Part shown: one piece after another, positions 52,536 through 64,000 of the stretch
How positions within the stretch are numbered: the stretch's first letter is position 1
Layout: every line of letters starts with the position of its first letter
Source: the human T2T-CHM13v2.0 reference genome, Homo sapiens
Direction: 5' to 3' (one strand)
NCBI RefSeq assembly: GCF_009914755.1
Contig: NC_060930.1
Length of the DNA stretch: 64,000 bases
Program-made: the position numbers and the translations under genes
Notes under the pieces: generated by a model
Seen by the model: the letters and a program-made list of their open reading frames with translations, nothing else
Told to the model about the DNA's origin: nothing
The model's database searches: none

Positions 52536-53469
52536 ACTGCTAACCCCTCAATAAATGTAGCAACAAATAGTTAATAATTCCTTATTAATATTTTCTAATT
52601 AATCTAGTGATGATTATTCTTAAGGAACACTAGACCAGGATTTTCCAAATTTCCAATTTTTTTCATATCGACCTAAGCAGTGTTAGTTATCCATTTATCA
52701 TTTACTTGCTGTATATTCCCTCCTATGCTTAAAGACTATCATTAATTTTTTTCTTGAATTTATCTACAGATTTCAAGTATCTTCACATTTTCTCCCAGAA
52801 CTATTTCTCAAACAGGGAAGTCAGTTTTATTACCCTGCTTCAGGCCTTTACGCAGTCTGGCGAAAGACTGCGCACCTAGTCTACAAGAAACCTGGTCAGT
52901 CTAGAGATGGATATAGAGGGGAAAAAAATCAAATTCTTTTTTTAAAAAACATTGAATTGTTCACTGAGTAGTAACAGGCAAAAACCGTGATTGCAAGAAT
53001 ATCTGTGAAGGTTACCATGTTTGCAAAGCCATTTTGAATAACTGTTTGGGGCTCTGCTCTCAAACCCTGGCAGTGGAAAGCAGAGGCCTGGTGAGCCAGG
53101 CTCCTCTGCAGCCCCACACCAGGCTCTGCCCATCAGGTACTCCATATCAGAAGAGGGAACTGAAAAGTAGAAACCATACGGAGTCCTTTATTTATATTTT
53201 TTACTTGGGAGGTGACAGTGACAACTGGAGCTTCTGGCAGCAGGGGCGGTGGTTCTGGTGTTTGTTTTCCAGTGTCAGCCTAGACTTTGGCTGCCTCTGC
53301 CCAGTGGCTGTGCAGTGTCAGGGGAAGCGGCCATGGAGACTTCTGGGCTGTGCTCCTGGGTGCATGGCCTCCAAGGCTGGCTCTCTGGCTTTCTTGCAAC
53401 AGTTCTGAATGCTGCTCCATTCCTTTGCTGCTTAAAAACGTTGAATGAGTTTGGCTCTTTATAACTGTG

Positions 53470-54640
53470 TGCCCCAAACCCCAATTTCCTCAACCCCCAC
53501 ACTCCTCCCATTTCCTCATTTCAGTGCATGGTAACTATGTCCTAAGCCAGTTGCTTGGATCCATCCGTGACTTCCCTCTTTCTCTCCATTTCTCTCAATA
53601 GCAGCATTAATTATTTTTAGAGACAGGGTCTTGCTCTGTTGCCCAGGCTGTAGTGCAATGCCCAGATCATGGCTCATTGCAGCCTTGACCTCCTGGGCTC
53701 AGGGATCCTTCCCATCTCAGCCTCCCAAGTAAATACAGGCACATGTCACCACACCCGGCTCATTTTTAAAACTTTTTAATAGAGATGGGGTCTCACTATG
53801 TTGCCCAGGCTAGTCTTGAACTCTTGGCCTCAATTAATTCTCCTGCCTCAGCCTCCCAATATGTTGGAATTACAGGTATAAGCCACTGTGCCCAGCCTTG
53901 TCTTTCTCCAGAGGCTGTCACCCCCATAGCCTATTGTTACCCAGGTACTAGAGTGATCTTTCAAAAAGTAAATCAGATTATGCTGCTCCTTTTCTTAGAA
54001 CCCTCCTCACTCTGATTAAAGAATTCCACTGTGGCCTCCAAGACCCTAAAAGGGCTGCTCCCTTGTTATTTGTCTCTAATTTATCAAGCACCCGCTTCCT
54101 TCTGCACTCACTGCTCTCCACACACACTGGCCCCAGGTTTACAACCTTCTCCCAGGCAGCTCCCACACACTGCCCCTTTGCTAGTCTCAGAACACCCCCA
54201 GCATGCCACCATCTCAGGGCCTTCTTGTTGGATCTCCTGTGCCCGGAGCTTCCTCCCTCCAAGACACACACTCTCCACCATTTCTGCAGTACCTAACTGC
54301 CTTATTTCTTCAAATGCCTTTCCCTAAATCTCCCCAGGTCACCACACGCAGCTCTCTTACTCTGCTCTGTTTTTTTCCACGTCATTTCTTTTTTTAAATT
54401 TTCTTTTTTTTTTTCAATCTCCAATGTGACAGTATCCATAGCATTTCTTATCCTTCAAAATATATATCAATTTGCTTATTTCCCAATTGTCTGTCTCTCT
54501 CCCTGTTAGAATATAAGCTTCATGAAGGCAGGGACTATCTGATTCCTGCTATACCCTTAGGGTCTAGAATGTTGCCTAGTTCATAGTAACTACTCAAAAA
54601 ATATTTGTTGCATAATTAAATGAATGAATAAATGAATATG
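53470..54640 (+). mobile_element. L2 (L2a-like) 3' region interrupted by an Alu
   Basis: AGAGTGATCTTTCAAAA..CTCAGGGCCTT..TGTCTGTCTC..TAGAATATAAGCTTCATGAAGGCAGG..ATATTTGTTG..TGAATGAAT. Confidence 0.8.
53607..53897 (-). mobile_element. AluJ
   Basis: Antisense dimer with J-type diagnostics. Confidence 0.92.
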
Positions 54641-54949
54641 GATGCATACAGCATTCTCTATTGTCTGAGAGTTTATAAGGAGGTCATTACCAGTCACTCA
54701 AAGAAATATTGTAGAGGCAGCAACCTTAATGGAAATCAGTCAGAAGCCTTGAAGGAAATGACTGATTTTATCAATGTTCTTCATTTTAATAAAAAAGAAA
54801 AGTTTAAGATTTACTAAGGTCTGACTGAAGGCTTTCTTAAGCTTAGTCAGAGATGTCCATGGTACAATTTAAGGGGCACATTATGGAATCACCTGCCCAA
54901 ACCAACTATTTTCTGTGGTCCATCATAATGTCTAAACTTCTCAGTATTT

Positions 54950-55702
<753 letters not shown>

Positions 55703-56528
55703 TAGCCTAAATTCTGTGTACAATGTTTATGATATTATAGTGCGCTTTTTAGGTTTAAAATAATGTGCTATAGCCATATATAGGCTATGCGAATTTGAGG
55801 TTGCTTCTACATGTATCTCAAAATCATGAGGTTGCTTGCTGCCATGCCATTCATTGGTCAGGTGCCAATCACTAATGGTAAGGAGCTGGGGATTGCACCA
55901 CAGTCAATAGTCAGAGGCTACACAGCTTTTTGTTGTTGTTGTTGTTAAAATAAAAATGAAAACGAAAGACAAGGTGAGTGAGTATATAGCTAGAATTTTT
56001 ATTTCTCTCTACCTCCAATTTGTCAAGACTTTGGGTTGTAGCATTCCAGTTTATTGGAAACAACCTTGGTTTCAATTATGTTTACCCAAAGCCAAATTCA
56101 AGTCAGTTTTCAGGATGTTTGATTTTTCTCCTGTTGATTGGGTTAATTTTATGTTTTCTGCATAGTTGTTTTGTGAAAAAAAAATTGTGTAGGAGCTATA
56201 ACTATCATATAACTATCAAATGTCTTCGTTGTAATGTTTTTCATCCACTAACTGTGTGACTTGAAACAAGCCCTATGACCATTCTGTTTCACTTACACAA
56301 CCTGTGAAATGAGGATAATATCTGACATGTATCCTCTTTCAGAAATTCTCTGAAAGCATACTTTATGCTGATAGAGGAAAAATGACACATTGCATTTAAA
56401 GCCTTATTAATCCTCTCATCTGAGGATAATTTTCATGTCTCTATATGCCTCAGTAGGTAGCCTAAGATTATGGGAAAAAAGGAAATGTTGAACTATTTTG
56501 TGTACAATTTCTAGGAAGGAAGTGCATT

Positions 56529-56819
<291 letters not shown>

Positions 56820-57027
56820 AGGAAGTGCATTCTTCTCTTGACTTTTCTCTTTATGTGCTGAATACAGTAGACCATTTCACTGGGGCCACCTGGTACCACG
56901 AGGTGACCTATGGACAAAGACAGTGGCCTGACTGAAGGTTTCTCAGGACCAGATGGGTAGGAATCTGCCCACTTTCCCTGGACTGCTTTCTTCAGGTCAT
57001 CTTTCATGTGAGAGAAAAGTAGATTTC

Positions 57028-57333
57028 TTTTTTTTTTTTTTTTTTTTTTTTTTTGAGACAGAGTCTTGCTCTGTTGCCCAGGCTGGAGGGCAGTGGCATG
57101 ATCTCAGCTCACTGCAACTCCCACCTCCCAGGGTTCAAATTACTCTCCTGCTTCAGCCTCCTGAGTAGCTGGGATTACAGGCGTGTCCCACCATGCCCAG
57201 CAACATTTTTGTGTTTTTAGAAGAGATGGGGTTTCACCATGTTGGCCGGGCTGGTCTCGAATTTCTGGCTTCAAGTGCCCACCTCAGCCTCTCAAAGTGC
57301 TGGGATTATAGGCGTGAGCCACTGTGCCCAGCT
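57028..57333 (-). mobile_element. AluS with T27 tail
   Basis: TSD GAGAGA(A/G)AAGTAGATTTCTT. Confidence 0.95.
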
Positions 57334-57518
57334 TGAGAGAGAAGTAGATTTCTTTTTTGTGTAAGCTGCAGTCATTTTGGATTTTCTACCATGGGCAGCC
57401 AAACCTAACCTTCACTAATGCACACCTGTGATTTGAAAGTGTTTGGGTGCTCTTAGAAGCCACCATTTATGTCTTCTCGTTTTACTTCTTCAATAATCCT
57501 ATAAAGTGCAAGGAATAA

Positions 57519-57906
<388 letters not shown>

Positions 57907-57984
57907 TCAATTAGCAAGTAGAGAAGCTGGAACAAATAGAGGCGTATTATCTCTTTAAAACAAATCACACATATGCTTACACTC

Positions 57985-58210
57985 AAACATGGTGCACAGG
58001 CTTTGGAGTAAGATAGACCTGACTTCACATTTTTGTGTCTCATTCCTGTAGCTTTAAGCAAATTACCTACTTTTTCTGATCTTCATTTCCTTATCTGCAA
58101 GATGGTAAACAACATCTCTAGCGATTAAGAATTCCAAATGAGATAATGTTGGTGGTCCTGCTCCAGGGTGTGGTATATAGTAGATACTTAGTAAATAGAG
58201 CTCTATTGTC
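57985..58210 (+). mobile_element. MIR
   Basis: CAGGCTTTGGAG..AGACCTG..GCAAATTACCTAC..TTTCCTTATCTGCAAGATGG..AAATGAGATAATG. Confidence 0.75.
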
Positions 58211-58421
58211 AGCAGAGGCTTATCCTTCTAAAGATTATTTATACTGTGACACAAAAAGGGTAAAAAAAAAAAAAGGAAGAAAAAAAGAAAAAACATTATT
58301 CAAATATGGAAGTAAAATGGAGTGTAAACGAGAGCCTAGAAAGGATGTTTCAGCTTGAAGTTCTGCGTCCATAAGGAATTTGAAATATTTTGATAACTTT
58401 CTGGTTTTAAAGACCAGATTA

Positions 58422-58752
58422 GGCTGGGCATGGTAGCTCACACCTTTAATCCCAGCACTGTATGAGGCTGAGCAAGGCAGGTTGATTGCTTGAGTCCAGG
58501 AGTTTGAGACCATGCTGGACAGCATGGCAAAACCCCATCTCTACCCAAAGACAAAATCAAAAATTAGCCAGGTGTGGGGACGTGTACCTGTAGTTGCAGC
58601 TACTTGGGAGGCTGTGGTGGGAGGATCCCTTGAACCCAGGAGGCCACGGCAGCAGTGAGCTGTGATGACTCCACTGCACTCCAGCCTGGGTGACAGAGTC
58701 ATACCCCGTGTCCAAAACAAAAGAAGAGTGAGAATAAGAATAATAAGAAGAA
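58422..58752 (+). mobile_element. AluJ
   Basis: TSD AAAGACCA(G/A)ATTA. Confidence 0.93.
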
Positions 58753-58920
58753 AAAGACCAAATTAGTGGGCCTGGATGAACATGTTTTTCGAACCCCTGG
58801 AACATCCTAAACGTATTTCTTTCTATCTGTATTTGCCATTAAATGTCACAGAAAAATAATCTTTGCTTTTAAGCCCCTCATGAAGCTCAAGAAGACGAGA
58901 AAGTAGCCATTCCAAAGAAA

Positions 58921-59007
58921 TTTTATTTCATTTATTTTATTCTATTTATTTATTTATTTTTCACATGGAGTCTCCCTCTGTTACCCAGGCTGGAGTGCAG
59001 TGGTGCA
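58921..59007 (-). mobile_element. Alu 3'-terminal fragment (tail plus ~45 bp)
   Basis: (TTTA)n, then GGAGTCTCCCTCTGTTACCCAGGCTGGAGTGCAGTGGTGCA, then unique DNA. Confidence 0.88.
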
Positions 59008-59679
59008 CACGCCTCACACTGTGACACAGCGGGAGAGCCCAGAGCGACAGCTGTTGGAATGACTGCACTCTTCCTGCTCAAGTCTGACCTTTCCAAGGTA
59101 GGATTTGATTACAACTAGCAATATGGAATTACAAGCAGGGAGAGGTGCCGAGACCACAAGACATCAGGAGACTAAAATAGCAAGGTGGTGAGGCAATCTG
59201 CCTTTTATTCCCCTTTCAAGCTATGAGAAGTAGGCAAATGATGCGGCTGAACAATGCCTCCTTGACTTCAGGATATAAAAACTACTTTCATGAGCTTCAA
59301 GTCAGGGTAAGTGGGGAAAATGACAATAAAAGTAAATTTAAAAAACCACATTTAAACCCAGTCAACTTAGGATATTTTGTAGTACAAGCGCCAATCTATA
59401 TGGTTCCTCTGAGATGCCCACATCGCAGGAAGCCTCAAATTTAACTACCAGAAATATTCTGAGAAAATAAAATAAGAAATTCTAAGCTTATAAACGCTTT
59501 TGTATGTGCTATTTTAGGTAGTTTTCAGTATGAGTCATTTATCTCCTCCCACAACCGAACTTCAATCATGTTTCAGCTTATTCTAATTAGTTTCTCATTA
59601 TCTTTTAAATTATTATTTATTTCTGCATGTATTCCTTCCTCAATTTTTAAAAATGTATTATTAAATTTATTGTTGGTAA

Positions 59680-59997
<318 letters not shown>

Positions 59998-60339
59998 AAG
60001 AGTTTCCTATATGATGCAGTCATGCTCTGAAAAGGATAAGCAATAATCTAATATGCAATATACAATGCAATAATAATATATGCTTGTATATGTATAATAT
60101 TTTATAACTACAAAGACTTTCACATATATTATCTCATTTAATCCTGAACACACAATAGCATCCGACCCTCCTCCTTTTCCTCCTGAGCACAGTGTTAAAT
60201 GTTCCCTATGCAATGTCTCTAGAGATGAAAGAGTCAGGAGAGAAAGACATTAAGGAATATATTTGGATATATTAGGGGACCATGAAAGGTAGTTGAACCA
60301 ACACTGCATAACCTAGGCATGAGCAGTCCCAGGAGGAGT

Positions 60340-60525
60340 GGCTTCTCTGCTGTTTATTTCTACTATCTGGTATTGGGCAAGTTAGAACCTCTTCAGACCT
60401 CTGTTTGCTCATAGGCAAAATTAACACATACCTGCCCTGACTCCCCGACAGAGCTACCATGAGAATCAAATTAGGTAACATGTGAGAAAATATTTTATAG
60501 TTTGCCAGATGCCAAATAAATATTT
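60340..60525 (+). mobile_element. MIR
   Basis: TTGGGCAAGTTA..AACCTCTTCAGACCTCTGTTTGCTCAT..GAGAATCAAATTAGGTAA. Confidence 0.7.
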
Positions 60526-60804
60526 TTATGAACTTTCTTTCTGTACTTCACTCTTGTGGCATCAACATTTGTGGCATTAACCTAAACAGAAGCCTCAGTC
60601 AATTAAAGAATAGAAAAGATAAACATTTTTAGAACTGTAAAGCGTGTTCTAAGAGTTTCTTGGCCATTTGACTTTTCTTATAATCAAAACATAAAGCCAT
60701 TCACCTGGCAGCTGGGTACCTGAATTATAATTTAGTAACAGTTGCGCTCAAGAGGAAACCAAGATCCTATAGGACCTTTCACAAATCAGGGTTCTTATTT
60801 TTTA

Positions 60805-60990
60805 TTATTCTCAAAGTGAAGTCTGCAGACCACCTGCATCCAAATCCCATGGCATAATTATAAACATTTCTGATTGCTGCACCCTGCTTTTACCTACTGA
60901 ATCAGAAGCTCCCAGAATATGGGCCCAGAAACAAACCTTTTTTTAGAAAACACACTAGCTGATACTTATGCTCACTAGTCCAAGAAACCC
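60805..60990. mobile_element. MER5B-like MITE
   Basis: TTCTCAAAGTG..CAGACCACCTGCATC..CCTACTGAATCAGAA..GATACTTATGCTCACT. Confidence 0.65.
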
Positions 60991-61514
60991 AGAACTTACT
61001 GGTTGAAATTTGCAAGTTGTAAGAGAACATTTGTTCTTCATTTCTTTCCAGCAGTAACAAGATTTCTCTATCAACATTCTATTAAAAACAGATATGAGCA
61101 CGTATGTGAAATAAAAGCAGCACTCCACTTGTGTGCAAAATTTGACATCATTTTTTTGAAAGTGCCTTGAAGTAATGTTATCTCAGCTTTCTTTAATTGG
61201 ATGGTGCATTTATAGGAGGAGTTTGGAAAACATATTCTCTTGCAGTGTTATTCCTGACCTCTACTCAAAAAACTAACAATCTCACAAGCAGTTAAATTGA
61301 TAACCAACCAGTCATTCTCCAATTAGGAGCCTCAACTCACTTCAAGTAATAACATTAAAATTCTCCAAGTGTTAGCAGTCTGCACTGTACCTTGAAATAA
61401 AAAGATAGAGATTTTGCCTTTGGTGTTCAATAAATATAGAATAATATAATATAATTTCAGAAGCTATAAGCTTATTATCAATCAGCTTCATAGAAACACA
61501 GGACTAAAATGGAT

Positions 61515-61780
61515 TACTCATTACTAAGTCAACAGACAACTATGTGCCTGGCACTGATCTAGGGTTAGGGCCAGAGGAGTAAATAAAGCAAACAAAGCTT
61601 CCCCGGCACTTACATTCTGGTTGGGGAGGAAGAGTGTGCAGGAAATAAAGAACAGGCTAACATTTAATATTTCTAACATATCAAATGGCATGTTAGAAGA
61701 TGATAAGAATAATGGAAAACAGTTTACTGCAACAGAGTTTTCAGAAGGGATTAGATTGCAATTCTAAATATGAATAACAC
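61515..61780 (-). mobile_element. L2 3' end
   Basis: ACTATGTGCCTGGCACTG..CTAGG..CTTACATTCTGGTTGGGG. Confidence 0.6.
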
Positions 61781-62663
61781 AGCAAAAAGCAAAAAAAAAA
61801 AAAAAAGGATTTTTTTTGGCTGGTACACATGGGTATTAGTTTGTACTCTTGAAAGCTAATGGAATATCCATAGACCCTACTATACTAAATTTTAAACTCT
61901 AGGCACTGCAAAACGAGAATACTATCCACTTCTTCACACACATTTGTAGCCACCTTTACATTAGAGGCACCATCTGTAGTTATGACTGGTCTCTTTTTTC
62001 CCTGAGGTATGATCCTGTCTTCTTATCATTCCTGATATCTTCTTTCACAATTGTGCCCTAGGTAATGGTGCTCAGAAAAAGAAGCCAATCAGGAGATCTG
62101 TTTTCTGTGCCCTTTTAACACTTCTAACTCAGGCACCCAAACCAGCCTGTAGCAGAAAGAGCATCAAAGCCATCCTCTGGACTCTACACAAGGTCTGTGG
62201 ATATTCAGTTAGCTTGCAAGAGTGCAAACTAATACCCATGAGTACCAGCCAAAAAATACCCTTTTTTTTTCTTTTTGCTGTGTTATTCACATTTAGAATT
62301 GTAATATGACCCTGTCAGAAAACTCTGTTGCAGGAAATTTTTGGAAAAGAACATGTAGCTTATCTGTGTCTATGAAGTCCTTGTTATTGTGGGGAAAAGA
62401 AAAGAAAACAAAAACATCGACAGCTATATATTTTCTTTTTATTACTTACTATCATTCCAGACTAAAGTGGGGAGCCCCCTTTTTTTTTTCCAGAAACATA
62501 GCAGCAGCAGAGATGTCGCTATTGTGATCAGAATTACTTTGGTAGGTGTGTTTTGGGTTTGATTTACTTTTTCACATTTGTCTTTCTGTTTATATAAAAT
62601 ATTTTCCTAGGGAAAAATACATGCTAAAGTTAAACTTCACATGAGTTAACTACCTACAAATTA

Positions 62664-63539
62664 CAGCTGTTAGCCATTTTTAATAAAACACTATCCACTG
62701 CACTATAAAAACGGACTTCATTTTCATATTGTTAATGTTATTCCACTGAACAGTGCGGTTAGAAATCCCAGAAGCAAATGCAGTACAAATTGTAGAGCAG
62801 CTGTGTAGAGGTGACTTCTAATCATAATTGAACACAAACGAGAACAAATAAATCAAGGACGAAACTTCTCAACTTCTGATGCCTGGCAATGTCAGTTTTA
62901 AAGCCAGATACATACCAAGTGCCTTGCAAAAAAAAAAAATTACACAGCAGCTAGAAGAGTGACAGCAGAACCCCCACTCTTTCTGGGAACACTCCCATAT
63001 ACCAGAAGCACAAGGACTTTAATTTGAAACCTGATTACATATTTGAAATTGCTGGTGTTCCTGACTTTAGCTTCTTGGCAGAAATGCCAGCTGAGTGTGC
63101 ACATAGCACAGGTGGTCGATGGCAAACAAGACACCTCACAGCTGCAGGCAAGGAGCTGCTTCTAAGGGCATACAGTCTGGACAGTGCCAAGGCAGATAGG
63201 CATCATACAAAGAGAGAGGACAGGCTGCAATTTGGGGGTTTTGTCATTATTGTGTGTGTTTTAAAATATATCAGTGCATTTTTGAAAGTTGATTGGGGTC
63301 AGATTTTCAGCTGAGGCCTTATTCTTAGGAAATAGCATGATGGCAATAAATGTCAGCCTTAGCTAGCGACCCTTAAAAAGCTAAACTGGAATAAAAATAA
63401 TAACTTGGCAAAGGTTCCCATATGCCGCACTCCTTCTTTTGTGCTCTTCCTTTGTCCCGAGCCTGCTTTGCCACACATGCCACCTTCAAGCACTGTTTTT
63501 AGGGAGAAGAGACCATTCTCCCAGAAAAGGGAACAGCTG
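62664..63539. promoter_or_regulatory. Candidate bHLH (CAGCTG E-box) enhancer cluster
   Basis: CAGCTG at 62664, 62798, 63088, 63139, 63308 and 63534 in apparently repeat-free DNA. Confidence 0.3.
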
Positions 63540-64000
63540 AGAAAAGAACCAGCCCACAGAGGGAGCAGGGACACTCCTAACTGTTTTAAAGCCGTGCCGC
63601 AGGGTCTATGAGTTCGCAACAAGAAAACGTTTTCTTGTTTCTACCTTACCTAAGTCCAAAAAAAAAAAAATCACTGTTTTTTTATTAGCCGTTTAGTCCT
63701 AAAGAGTGCCCTTAGTGATAAGACAGTGCTTCTGGAAGTTCCACATAACTGCTTTTCTTTACCCACATGCAGAAGGCCCAAGAGTTGCAGAATCAGAACA
63801 GTTTGTGTGCTTTTCCATGTTCTAGCTTATGTATATGACAATACTAATCTTCCATTAAACAGGGTGTCTTACCCAGTCTGCAGTGCTAAGCATGTGTCGG
63901 ACTGGAAGATATTGTTCATAATAATCTTTTTCTAAGTACCATTTAAAAGAAAATGACTTCCATTATTTAAAAAAAAAAAACCAACTAGGAAATATCGTAT

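Overview
Primate (human-like) non-coding genomic DNA: AT-rich, CpG-poor and dense in interspersed repeats. I count about 41 Alu elements or fragments by eye (AluJ/AluS-type, many with intact target-site duplications, TSDs). There are also L1M 3' fragments, L2 and MIR relics, MaLR LTRs (MST with internal sequence, MLT1, THE1D) and DNA-transposon fossils (MER5, MER33, MER45, MER115, MER1B, MER63, MADE1, Tigger-like). No protein-coding exon, RNA gene or CpG island can be supported. The supplied ORFs are mostly Alu or microsatellite translations or chance ORFs; one is a MaLR-internal ORF remnant. I cannot name the locus and see no convincing new multi-gene system. The main interest is a set of mutational and rearrangement scars: a twin-primed inverted L1MC, a ~500-bp non-retrotransposed local copy of an MST LTR plus PBS, an apparent gene-conversion tract between two inverted Alus, several template-switch or TMEJ-like scars inside Alus, and a perfect 35-bp tandem duplication. 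There are also candidate regulatory sites (CTCF, AP-1/KLF cluster, E-box cluster, DUX4 motif in THE1D, MADE1) and candidate non-coding exons. Repeat family names come from my recall of consensus sequences, not from a database search, and boundaries of old repeats are approximate.
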